Virus record (IMG/VR): IMGVR_UViG_3300021399_000098
Length of the DNA stretch: 64,000 bases
Source of the DNA: a virus
Taxonomy: Duplodnaviria > Caudoviricetes
Direction: 5' to 3' (one strand)
Numbering within the stretch: position 1 is the stretch's first letter; each line of letters opens with the position of its first letter. The notes beneath the pieces were generated by a model. That model was not told where the DNA came from. It did no database searches and worked only from the letters and a program-made list of their open reading frames with translations. The position numbers and the translations under genes were made by a program. Positions 34,969 through 45,015 of the stretch are shown here, piece by piece.

Positions 34969-35787
34969 ATGATAAAATGCGTAATACATTGCAGCGATAT
35001 TCACATAAGGAACTTCCAAAGACTTTCAGAATACGCTGAACAGCTTACAAAATTTGTGGAAAAGTGTAATGAAATTGCACAAAACTATGAAAGGGAAGAA
35101 ATAAGAATTGTGGTTGCTGGAGATTTGGTACATCAGAAAAACAACATTTCAAACGAACTAATGACTTTCAGCAGTTTCTTTCTAAGACAATTAGAAGAAA
35201 TAGCCGATGTAATAGTTATAGCTGGAAATCACGACCTTTTAGTAAACAACACCTCAAGAACCGACACATTGACGGCATTGTTTGACACTGCCAACTTTAC
35301 AAACTGTAAGTTCTTTGACGGAATGCTTAACTATGAAAGCGGAATTATAGAGGACGAAAACATCACATGGGTACTATACTCAATATACAACGGATATAAA
35401 GCCCCTGACATCAGTGAAATCAACAGAGAAGGTAAAACGGTTATAGGGTTGTATCATGGAATGGTTGACGGTGCTAGTCTTAACAACGGAAGCGTTGTGG
35501 ACAACGGAGTTGAAGGGTCTTTGTTTGAAGGGTGCGATTTTGTTATGGCTGGTGACATTCATAAACGACAAGTCCTCAAAAGAGGCGATTGTGAAATAGT
35601 ATATCCAGGTTCTCTTATCCAACAGACATTCGGTGAAACGGTATCACAACATGGTTTTGTTGTTTGGAACATGGAAAATCTAACATATGAATTCGTTGAT
35701 TTGGAAACAGATTATGGATTATATGACATTGAAATTGAATCTATAGACGATATAGATGAAGACAAAGAAAAACTGATTAACTTTTGA
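34969..35787 (+). CDS. SbcD/Mre11/gp47-like metallophosphoesterase nuclease
   Basis: SDIH, AGDLVH, GNHD, YHG, GDIHKRQ, YPGSLIQQTFGE. Confidence 0.9.
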   Translation: MIKCVIHCSDIHIRNFQRLSEYAEQLTKFVEKCNEIAQNYEREEIRIVVAGDLVHQKNNISNELMTFSSFFLRQLEEIADVIVIAGNHDLLVNNTSRTDTLTALFDTANFTNCKFFDGMLNYESGIIEDENITWVLYSIYNGYKAPDISEINREGKTVIGLYHGMVDGASLNNGSVVDNGVEGSLFEGCDFVMAGDIHKRQVLKRGDCEIVYPGSLIQQTFGETVSQHGFVVWNMENLTYEFVDLETDYGLYDIEIESIDDIDEDKEKLINF

Positions 35788-35789
35788 GG

Positions 35790-36389
35790 TTAATCAGTTT
35801 TTTCTTCTAGTATTTCAATGGAATCACCATCTTTATGGAACAACTTGATTCTTATTTTTTTGTTTGATTTATCTTGGGTTAATTCAAACAACGATGTTAA
35901 TTCAGAATAAGGAATTGATACCAATGTAACTGAAAACTTGGTCTTTAACTTCGAAATGTCATAAGAAATAGGTTTTCCGTCATACGTTATTTCCCAAGGA
36001 ATGTTTTTGCCGTTTTCTTTGGATATGACGTTTATTGTCATTGTTTTCCCAGATACAGACGTTTTACCCAACTTAAATACGTAATCCTTTTCCCTAGTGG
36101 CTTCCAAGTTTGGAAGTACCATGATTCTAAGTTTTTCGCCTATAACATTTTTAAGTATTATAAGCCCTTTTTCCTTGAATTTGTCTAGATTAACATTAAT
36201 CTCCAACTTATCACGCCCACTAGTGGAAACATTCAAGTATCTGCTGCCAACTATGGTATCTATGCCCCAAGAACAATGCAAACCATTTTCCTCAGACAAC
36301 ACATCTAGCACATATTTGTCTTGTTCATCAGACAAGTTTAAATCCAAAACATACAAATCCGTAATTTCTCCAATTCCTATCATAATCAA
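35790..36389 (-). CDS. Hypothetical beta-rich protein, last gene of the structural operon
   Basis: 199 aa, contiguous with the structural genes. Confidence 0.65.
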   Translation of the reverse strand: MIMIGIGEITDLYVLDLNLSDEQDKYVLDVLSEENGLHCSWGIDTIVGSRYLNVSTSGRDKLEINVNLDKFKEKGLIILKNVIGEKLRIMVLPNLEATREKDYVFKLGKTSVSGKTMTINVISKENGKNIPWEITYDGKPISYDISKLKTKFSVTLVSIPYSELTSLFELTQDKSNKKIRIKLFHKDGDSIEILEEKTD

Positions 36390-36395
36390 TCATTT

Positions 36396-39300
36396 TTAAT
36401 TTTTTTGGGGTGACACATATTTTATGTCAACAATTGCAGTGGAAGGTATCATCTGTGACAAATAGTTCATCACAATATCATCCAAATACTTCACCTCACA
36501 CTGTCCTTGGTTGGTGTACCATTCATTGTGCAAGTTGAATGTAATTGAAACCCTCTTGTTGTTAACAACTTGGTTTGTTACTTCATCAACTACTATATTC
36601 TTACTCTCATCGGACGTGAACCCACTGTAAGGAGAGCCACCAATCACATTATCATTTTTGTCATTCAATATGTAATTTGTAACATTAACCCTACTGTCTG
36701 AGAAATTATACATGGTTTTCAACCTCCATTGTAACTCTTTGTTGTCACTGTATTGTACTACTTTAGTACACTCTATAGGGTTGCTATCAGACTTCTTATA
36801 ATAGTTTCCAAAATAGTGTATTTTACTGTCATTGATAATAAATGGCGTATACTGTTTAATACTCTCGTCAGAATCTATCAAACCTTCAAATCCGTAATCA
36901 TATATTTCAGAATAGAACGTGTCATAGAAATTCTCATAGCATCTTTCATCGAACAGATAGTTGGCTATGGCATATTTGAACAGCTTCTTGTAGTATGTGA
37001 AATACTCATGTCCGCTATCATAGTCCATGTTGCCGTTATGTGGGTTGTTGCCCTCGTAGTAGTTTGTGATGGTGTTTATTCTTATATACTCTGAGTCTTT
37101 CTCATTCAATCTAATCCATCCGTATTCATCATTCTCAGAAGCCATCCTGTTGCTGTAGTTTACGTCTTTGATGATGAAATAGTTTGTGTCACCTTGTTTG
37201 TAAAGTGCATCCATTACAACGAAACTGTCTATGGTATAATGGCCACCTATGGTGTCCTTGCATACGAAATCAAAGTTAGATTTATTTCCTTTTTCATCTA
37301 CCTCATAAGAGATATAAGCTTTTATGCTATATCCATCCGATTTATCCGTTAAAGGAATAATTGACTCTATCAGTCCATAATCGCCAAACATAGGCTTATG
37401 TCCTTGTTCAACCACTTTGGTTTTAGTATAAACAACTATTGATTCATCAAAAAACCTATCATTGCCTATCTTTATATAGCCACCATTCTTTGTAAGAACA
37501 ACATACATTAAAGGTTTGCTTTCATCACCAGAATACTCATAGTTTATTTTATAGACTGAGTTGTTTATGACAGCTATGTCTTTTTCAACGTGCGAAACAT
37601 AATAAATGGAATTCTTAACCACCTTGTCAGAAGGCGTGCTGACAAGTTTTTGAATATTTTCAACACTTCTAATGTTCCTAACCGTTTCCTTATATATAGG
37701 ATGATTGTCTGTTGTTCCACTTGGAGTCGCAGTTCCTGAAGCTACTTCACAAGTGTATGATATGTTGTTATCAACATCATATTGGAAGTTATACACTTTT
37801 TCACCATTTGTCAAAGTCTTTGCCATCCATCCACCATTCATCTGATAATATGGGTTGCCGTCTAGTTGCTCATAAGGGCTGAATCTAGGATACAAATACC
37901 TTCTCATGACTGGTGCATTACTTCCGTCTATTCTAGTAAATGATTCTGCTGAATCGCTAGTTGCTGATTGCGTTGACAACGGACTAATCTTAATGTAAGG
38001 CTTATTTAGAACCGTACCGCCACTGTTTACTTGCACTGTTTCATCCTTATATGTAACTGGCAAGCCTTGATATGATAAATAACTTGTCCAATCTGAAGCG
38101 CCATACTTAGTGTAGTTTGACGTTGACCTATAATCGTACACAATCGTTTTCGTAGAGTTAATCCAATCCATACGATACATCTGATGTACAGCATCCCATT
38201 TCTCTTCTATTCTGTTCGTAAAAGATGTGTATTCAGTAATTTCATAATCAGCAGTAAAACTTTCTTTACGACATCCGTTATCTAATCTATCTATCCATCT
38301 TTGACTTTTTAGACCGAACATACCTAAAATCATTTCAATTCCTTCAATCGTACCCTTATGACGCCAGATATATGGAGAGTTTATAGCCAACCTCTTCATA
38401 AATTCATTGTTGACATCAAAATAGGTATAGGGTTTTTCGTCAGTGAATGACCTAATTTTGTTCTTGAGTCTGAACTTCTTTACAGTATTTTCATCTTTAG
38501 CAGAAATTAAATTGTATATGGAATTTTTATATTCACATACATAATCATTAACCGTAGTTCCACCAGTATCACAAGATATGAAATAGCCATCCCTTATATT
38601 CTTATCTATCAAGTTTTCAGTATAAGGGAACACTTCTTTCTTAGGATTTTGTGAAAACTGTCTGACTATATACTTATCCCCTATTTTGTTATCTAGTTGT
38701 TGTTCTTCTTCATAACTATCCACATATTCAACGCCTCCGCTAGCGTTAACAATAGTATTGCCACTATCATCTTCCATATATTCCTTAAGCTCATAAGGAT
38801 ATACCAACTTAACATCCCAACCCTTACTTTCAACTGAATCTGTTAGGAAATAGTTAGGGATATTGCTTCTTTCATCATAAGTTATTCTATTACTGTTCTT
38901 TATATTGTTTATGTATGAAAGTATTTCGTCAAATTCCCTTGCGAAAATCCTTAATGCCTTTTGTACCCTCTCACCGCCAATGACAAACTGCTGCTCGTCA
39001 CCTTGGTAGAACTCACGAGTGTATGTCCAGTCAAAGTTCTTGATTGCCTCATGGGTCATTGACCTGTAGAGGTTGTCTGTGAAAAACTCATCGTAATACT
39101 CACCAATTTCAGACAATCTAGTAGTGAACTTGCTAAAACCGTAAGAACTAGCATCTACGTTATAGCCACCTTCAGATGTAGGGAACACAAACTCTTCCAT
39201 TTCCCTATAATAACCGTGGTCATTTTCCTTAATAACAGAAAACAACGACTTATATTTAGGATGTGTGTCTCTAGCTAGAATAAGCTTCTCAAAGTTGTTG

Positions 39301-40715
39301 CAGTTATTGTAGAAATCAACAATAAACTCCTCTTTAGGTCTTATATGAACATCGGTATCATTGGATAGATAAACAATTTCACTGTTATCTCCGACCCAAG
39401 CATCAATTTTGATGCTGTTTATCATAACACTGCCCATTTTATAGCCCTTACATGGAGTTGTCAATATGTAACAGCTTAAATCACCACATGGGCTATATGA
39501 ATAAATGAATAATTGAGGATTTTCTGGTTCTTTTTGCTCCCAAGCCTCAACGCGCTCTTGATATGCTTCTTCAGTTTCGCCCTCTTCTCTAACTGGTTCA
39601 TCTGCAAGCCAGTCATCATGGGCTTTAACCCAATCAGAATAAAGTTTATTTAACCTTGTTGTGGCTTTTTCTTCTGAAGGATAACCTTTTATATCATAAG
39701 TTGAATCATTTTCACTTACATCATTATCATCGCTAATAGTACCGCCACTAAACACATGGAATCTAGTGTTGAAATATCTTTCATATTCTTGATGTATCTC
39801 ACCACTTGCGAAACACTCAAGCAAATCATCCCAACCTTCGTTATAACCTTTTTTTGCACCAGAGCAGTCAACACTATATCCGCTTACAATGCAGTTACCG
39901 TTTTCATCAGTATAAGCCTCTGTCCATCTTAATTCTCTATCTTGCTGACTTGCTAATTGGGCGATTTTGTCACACATATAATTGTCATAGAACGAATCAC
40001 CACTATAAGTGGCATCTAAAATACTTTGTTTCTTTAGAACTGACACAAATGTCCTAGCAGACCAACTAGTTATTTTCTCCGCGTTCTCTTCATCATCACC
40101 TTGTATAATCTCATAGTTCTTAAATCCACCATTAGCAAAATACTTAAGTGGACTTCCTTCAACTGGCTTCACAGATGAGTGTACATTTATTCCATAAGGA
40201 TTTGAAACATACTTACTGTTTTCATCAAATTTAATTTCTTCTGTAAATGTCTCGAAATCTTCAGTATAAGATGAGGTATAATATGCTGAACCACTTAAAG
40301 TTACATACAATTCTCCTGGAAAACGTTGGAAAATGTCATTTATTGAAGACCTGAATAGTTCTGACAATGAACCATAATACGCAAAGTCACGAAAATCATA
40401 GTAATCTTGTTTCAAGACTATTTTAATATCATTTTGGTCTTCAAACTCACTTGTAATTCCACTGATATTTTCTAGTGTCCAAGTATCACCGCTTTCATTT
40501 TCTTTCCATTTTAGCCTATTGTACTGATTTGATTCCTTACCCTCATTTCTTACCGTAATAATGAAGTTGTTTGAACGGTATATTGGTATCTGACCAGGAG
40601 AAAACTGGTTAACACCTCCAATTGTGGTGATGTCACGCTCCCAGATTGTACCGTCTGCTACAGTCTGATGGTTTTTTTTCAGAACATAATTCGAATGGGT
40701 CTTTATGTATGGCAT
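36396..40715 (-). CDS. Large putative baseplate/tail structural protein (1439 aa)
   Basis: Long ORF in the baseplate operon. FAYYGSL and 'WRHKGTIEGIEMILGMFG' resemble tail protein I/wedge-type motifs. Confidence 0.7.
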   Translation of the reverse strand: MPYIKTHSNYVLKKNHQTVADGTIWERDITTIGGVNQFSPGQIPIYRSNNFIITVRNEGKESNQYNRLKWKENESGDTWTLENISGITSEFEDQNDIKIVLKQDYYDFRDFAYYGSLSELFRSSINDIFQRFPGELYVTLSGSAYYTSSYTEDFETFTEEIKFDENSKYVSNPYGINVHSSVKPVEGSPLKYFANGGFKNYEIIQGDDEENAEKITSWSARTFVSVLKKQSILDATYSGDSFYDNYMCDKIAQLASQQDRELRWTEAYTDENGNCIVSGYSVDCSGAKKGYNEGWDDLLECFASGEIHQEYERYFNTRFHVFSGGTISDDNDVSENDSTYDIKGYPSEEKATTRLNKLYSDWVKAHDDWLADEPVREEGETEEAYQERVEAWEQKEPENPQLFIYSYSPCGDLSCYILTTPCKGYKMGSVMINSIKIDAWVGDNSEIVYLSNDTDVHIRPKEEFIVDFYNNCNNFEKLILARDTHPKYKSLFSVIKENDHGYYREMEEFVFPTSEGGYNVDASSYGFSKFTTRLSEIGEYYDEFFTDNLYRSMTHEAIKNFDWTYTREFYQGDEQQFVIGGERVQKALRIFAREFDEILSYINNIKNSNRITYDERSNIPNYFLTDSVESKGWDVKLVYPYELKEYMEDDSGNTIVNASGGVEYVDSYEEEQQLDNKIGDKYIVRQFSQNPKKEVFPYTENLIDKNIRDGYFISCDTGGTTVNDYVCEYKNSIYNLISAKDENTVKKFRLKNKIRSFTDEKPYTYFDVNNEFMKRLAINSPYIWRHKGTIEGIEMILGMFGLKSQRWIDRLDNGCRKESFTADYEITEYTSFTNRIEEKWDAVHQMYRMDWINSTKTIVYDYRSTSNYTKYGASDWTSYLSYQGLPVTYKDETVQVNSGGTVLNKPYIKISPLSTQSATSDSAESFTRIDGSNAPVMRRYLYPRFSPYEQLDGNPYYQMNGGWMAKTLTNGEKVYNFQYDVDNNISYTCEVASGTATPSGTTDNHPIYKETVRNIRSVENIQKLVSTPSDKVVKNSIYYVSHVEKDIAVINNSVYKINYEYSGDESKPLMYVVLTKNGGYIKIGNDRFFDESIVVYTKTKVVEQGHKPMFGDYGLIESIIPLTDKSDGYSIKAYISYEVDEKGNKSNFDFVCKDTIGGHYTIDSFVVMDALYKQGDTNYFIIKDVNYSNRMASENDEYGWIRLNEKDSEYIRINTITNYYEGNNPHNGNMDYDSGHEYFTYYKKLFKYAIANYLFDERCYENFYDTFYSEIYDYGFEGLIDSDESIKQYTPFIINDSKIHYFGNYYKKSDSNPIECTKVVQYSDNKELQWRLKTMYNFSDSRVNVTNYILNDKNDNVIGGSPYSGFTSDESKNIVVDEVTNQVVNNKRVSITFNLHNEWYTNQGQCEVKYLDDIVMNYLSQMIPSTAIVDIKYVSPQKN

Positions 40716-40716
40716 T

Positions 40717-41640
40717 TTATTGTCCTATTTTATCGTTAATAGTTTGGCTAAAGTCAACACTATTTGTCTTATTTTGTTTAACTTCAAATACAGGTTTACC
40801 ACTATATTGGTCTTTAAGCGTAAAGTGTTCTGCTTGATGGTATATTTCGTTATTGTTGTTGTATGTCGTAACAAGTCCATTATCCAAGTCTCTCAACTGG
40901 CTATTCTCCAACATATAGCTGATAGTGTCAGCATCATGCGTTGTAAGCTCAATGTCAAGCTGTATTGGTTCAAAGAACGTGTTCACGAACAATATCTTCT
41001 GAGTAGGTTTTCCTATATAAGGCGTTGCATTGTCTTTGAATGTAGGCGCAGATGATGGAGAAACCGTCACAAAGGTCAAAGTTGACGTGTCTTCATAGCG
41101 GTATGTATAGGACTTGTCACTTGAGCTGTTAGGTGCTTGTACAACTGGTTCGCACTTGTTATTGCTAGTGATTATCCTATAATAGTCCTCTCTGCTTCCA
41201 TTTGCTGCCAAGTATATGATTCTATAACCAACAAGTCCATTGTTGGTTTGTGCAATCGTCTTGAACGTCTCATTTTGAATCTGCTCAGTGTCAATAACCA
41301 AACCCCTTACGTTAGGAAATGCCGTCAAGTTGCCCACATCGGTAATGACAGCTTCTATTTCTCTAGGTTTTATATACACCGTATAGAATCCCTTCTTATT
41401 AAACTCAGTCAATGGTAACTGTAAATTGTACATTCCTTCTACAATTTCGTCAACATCGTTATCTTCCATAGTTCTCTTTGCTTGGGTCAAAATACTTGAT
41501 TCCAAGTGCTTGAAACTAGCGTTTGTAATAGAATCAAAAGCCCTAGTCTCGTGATAGCAGAAAGATATATCAACCATGTTAGGAATACTAACGTTTGATA
41601 TGTTTATAGGAATGACTGTTCCATATGCGCCTATTGCCAT
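40717..41640 (-). CDS. Putative structural protein (307 aa)
   Basis: Beta-rich ORF in the operon. Confidence 0.7.
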   Translation of the reverse strand: MAIGAYGTVIPINISNVSIPNMVDISFCYHETRAFDSITNASFKHLESSILTQAKRTMEDNDVDEIVEGMYNLQLPLTEFNKKGFYTVYIKPREIEAVITDVGNLTAFPNVRGLVIDTEQIQNETFKTIAQTNNGLVGYRIIYLAANGSREDYYRIITSNNKCEPVVQAPNSSSDKSYTYRYEDTSTLTFVTVSPSSAPTFKDNATPYIGKPTQKILFVNTFFEPIQLDIELTTHDADTISYMLENSQLRDLDNGLVTTYNNNNEIYHQAEHFTLKDQYSGKPVFEVKQNKTNSVDFSQTINDKIGQ

Positions 41641-41652
41641 TTTATTGTATTT

Positions 41653-44600
41653 TTATCCTTCAATTATTTTAAAATATCCATTTCCATATTGTTCCAATGC
41701 TTCTAAACTAGTTACCTCTCCTAGTTTCAAATGTTTTTCGTAAGAAGCATTTATTCCTCTGTCTATATAAATATCAGAATCTACGTTTTCAATCGATGAA
41801 ATACCAAATCTATATTCCTCCCTGAAGGTTGGAAATACTTGCATTCCATTATGTGTTTCCATGTCTTTCTTGGTGCTGTATGTATCAGCAGTACCATTTC
41901 CGCTAAACACGTTTATTTCCGTGTAGAAATTTGACAATGGAGCTTCATAAGGCTCATCATATATCGAATTGCGAACAACATGGTTATTTTGTCTCAAATT
42001 ATATACATATACTGGATAGCTAACCGAATGTACTGAATGTTTTTTAATCAATTCTTTAGGTAAAGCCAACAAAGGATTTTTACGCTTTTTCATGAAATAC
42101 TCTCTCCTCTCCTTTACGAATTGAACTGTTTCAACGTATTTTACGCCCATATTGTAATTAGTATCATTGGCAAGCACGAATCTTTTACTAAGTTTTTTAT
42201 CTTCGTCATATTTGTTTGGACATTCGCCTTCTGTCCTTTTCAATGTTGCCCCAATATAATATGTTATGTCACAGTATATATCATCCTCATACAAGTTATC
42301 GTGGTCATTATCCTTTATTTTGGTAAGTCTTTGTATCACCCCTAAAGATGTATATCTTGGTGTACATTCATTAAGAGTTATTACAGATGTCACATTTGGA
42401 AGAATTCTTCCGTCACGTGTCTTGAAATAGAATTTCATTTGGGTTATAATATCACCAACAAAATAGTTTGTACCATCCGTAACGTCCTCCGTCTTCTCGG
42501 CAGTTAAGCTAAACCTAGAGACACCATATACATTTCCTACTTGATACAAAAGCTCCAACTCCCTACCTTCTTGTGGCTGATGATTCATAGTTCCTAGAGC
42601 AGATTTGCCAGGTTCTGCCCTAAACTCTTCCAAGTCGTATATACCGTCAATCTCATTTCCGACATCATCAACTAGATAGTTTAACTTCTTCAAATCTTGA
42701 AGCTTTGATGCAGTACGACCAGTTATTACTCTTGCATTGTACACTTCAAAATCAATAACACGATTTATTACAACATCATTGCCGTCAATAGATGCTTCGT
42801 TGGTGTCTAATTCATTCAGTATGTTGTAAGAATAGTACGAATACACTTTTAATTTATTTTTATCGTTTTTCTTTATATACACCCTAGTATCACCACTGAT
42901 TTGACAATATCCGCTTATAATAGGCAGTTCATACATACTAGTCTGAACAGATTCATCCCCATCTTTCACGATGTAATATGTGCCGTTGTATAGGATATAT
43001 TTTTTAGTTTTATCACTAAGCCCAATAACTGGAAATGTCCTATAATTGCTTATGTTGAACGTTTCACCACTGCATGACTCTTCAAGTGTAATTGGATTCT
43101 CTGAAGGGAAGAATGGGAAATAATACAACATTTCAGGTTCATAGAAATCTGCATATATCTTTTTCCCATTTATTATCGTATATGGTGTGTTAGTTCCATC
43201 TTCTCTGTATACGAAATATGTTTTTCCACTAAGATAACTGTTAGACTTATCATAAACACCATATTCGCTTTCAAGTATTTCATACAATTCTTCGTTATCC
43301 AAAGCCCAACCGTTTTCATTGGTGATTATAGGATATTTTGAAGACATTTGACTACGAAGGTTTTCCCTTGCAGATTCAATTGTATCGGCAGTTGATGTAT
43401 ATATTGCATTATTATCATCAAAACAATAGAAATTATAATTAATTTTAAACTCTTTTTCAATTGAATACGTACCAATTATACCGTTGTCACTAACACCACT
43501 TTGAGGTATTGCGTACAAGTCAACAACTAAGTCTTCACAAGTGCAAACCTTGCTATTAGGACAACTAACGTTCAAACCTTCTTGAAAAAGGTCGCATGTG
43601 CTACATAATTGGTTATTATACTTAATGTCAAACGTAAATTCCTTAAAAGAATCGCTAGTGTTGGCATCAATTGTTCCTACAATGTGAATATAGCCATTTG
43701 AGAATGTCACATCGTTGGTTAATGTTCCATTATATTTAATTTCTCCATTCAATAATGGAAATAATGGATTTTCGCTTATATACTTGTCAGTATAGCTTTC
43801 AAAACCATCTTCATCATAGTATTTCTCCATAAAGGTCTCATCGAATGTGAATCCATTTCCACTAGTGAGAATTTTTGACTCGCCACTGACTGTAACCACT
43901 GTTCCTACGCTAGTATTTGCACTTTCGTAATGGTTTGCTGTCCTATAGTCAACTCCAAGTTCATAATCCTTAGAAAATATACTTTCTTCTCCCAAATCAT
44001 CAATAGAAACTTGAATTGTTAATGGTAATATTATGGTTGGTGTTAAGCATTCTGATGGGTATTCTCCGCTATAAGAAGCATCAACGTTTGATGTTCTTAG
44101 GATGGTCTCTTGAACATTGGCATTCCATCCACTTAACGCATTAAGCATTCTTGCGCCACCACGATTGAAATACTCTTCACATTCGCAACAGTCATCTTGT
44201 TCCTTGCAGTTCCATTTAGGCATTTCACCGTTTTTACCTTCCACATATAAATCCTCATACATACCTTCTAAGTTTTGAAACCAAGGTATCCATCTTAAAA
44301 CATCTGGGTAATATAGCACAGTTCTATTCCAATAATCCCTATATTCTTTAGGAATTGTAAACGATGGAACAACATTGTCGCAAATCCATCTATAAAATCC
44401 TCTGTCTTCCACGTCAACCATAACTGTTTTATCGCCATCGTACTCATCATGAGCAACTTCAGGACTTACCCACGTATACTCAGACGTGCCTTTATTAAAC
44501 ACCTTAACCCATACAACACCACCTTTGTCAGAAAACTCAGCATCCAAGTCTACATATGTCTGTAAGTCTATTCCGTAAATCATTTGTGAGGCGTATTTAG

Positions 44601-45015
44601 TGCCACTCTCGTAGTTGTAATAGTCCACAGCACTAGTATATACCCTTCCACAGTGTCCGTAGTCTTTAAGGAGCTTATAATACTCCACAAAGAAATGATA
44701 CCAATTGCTCAATGAATGGAAAGATAGTGTGAAGGAACTGAATACATCATAATTATTACTTCCATAACAATGAGTGCCAGTTTCCATTTCATAGTTTTCA
44801 TAAGCCCTTTCACCGTTATATACCGAACTATCTGGTTTGTGGTTCAAAACTATATTGATTGGAATCATACCGTAATTTGATGGGTATAGCCCATCCCTAC
44901 TTGCAATTGAACGCTCGTCAAAATAATATGCGGCATTGTCCTTATATGCAGGTAGTATACTAGGTAGTCTTGACACTAACGGTTCTAATGAAATTTGATG
45001 TGCTATCTTTCTCAT
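41653..45015 (-). CDS. Large putative structural protein (1120 aa)
   Basis: Operon context; C-terminal SDIYIDRG...HLKLGEVTSLEALEQYGNGYFKI. Confidence 0.7.
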   Translation of the reverse strand: MRKIAHQISLEPLVSRLPSILPAYKDNAAYYFDERSIASRDGLYPSNYGMIPINIVLNHKPDSSVYNGERAYENYEMETGTHCYGSNNYDVFSSFTLSFHSLSNWYHFFVEYYKLLKDYGHCGRVYTSAVDYYNYESGTKYASQMIYGIDLQTYVDLDAEFSDKGGVVWVKVFNKGTSEYTWVSPEVAHDEYDGDKTVMVDVEDRGFYRWICDNVVPSFTIPKEYRDYWNRTVLYYPDVLRWIPWFQNLEGMYEDLYVEGKNGEMPKWNCKEQDDCCECEEYFNRGGARMLNALSGWNANVQETILRTSNVDASYSGEYPSECLTPTIILPLTIQVSIDDLGEESIFSKDYELGVDYRTANHYESANTSVGTVVTVSGESKILTSGNGFTFDETFMEKYYDEDGFESYTDKYISENPLFPLLNGEIKYNGTLTNDVTFSNGYIHIVGTIDANTSDSFKEFTFDIKYNNQLCSTCDLFQEGLNVSCPNSKVCTCEDLVVDLYAIPQSGVSDNGIIGTYSIEKEFKINYNFYCFDDNNAIYTSTADTIESARENLRSQMSSKYPIITNENGWALDNEELYEILESEYGVYDKSNSYLSGKTYFVYREDGTNTPYTIINGKKIYADFYEPEMLYYFPFFPSENPITLEESCSGETFNISNYRTFPVIGLSDKTKKYILYNGTYYIVKDGDESVQTSMYELPIISGYCQISGDTRVYIKKNDKNKLKVYSYYSYNILNELDTNEASIDGNDVVINRVIDFEVYNARVITGRTASKLQDLKKLNYLVDDVGNEIDGIYDLEEFRAEPGKSALGTMNHQPQEGRELELLYQVGNVYGVSRFSLTAEKTEDVTDGTNYFVGDIITQMKFYFKTRDGRILPNVTSVITLNECTPRYTSLGVIQRLTKIKDNDHDNLYEDDIYCDITYYIGATLKRTEGECPNKYDEDKKLSKRFVLANDTNYNMGVKYVETVQFVKERREYFMKKRKNPLLALPKELIKKHSVHSVSYPVYVYNLRQNNHVVRNSIYDEPYEAPLSNFYTEINVFSGNGTADTYSTKKDMETHNGMQVFPTFREEYRFGISSIENVDSDIYIDRGINASYEKHLKLGEVTSLEALEQYGNGYFKIIEG

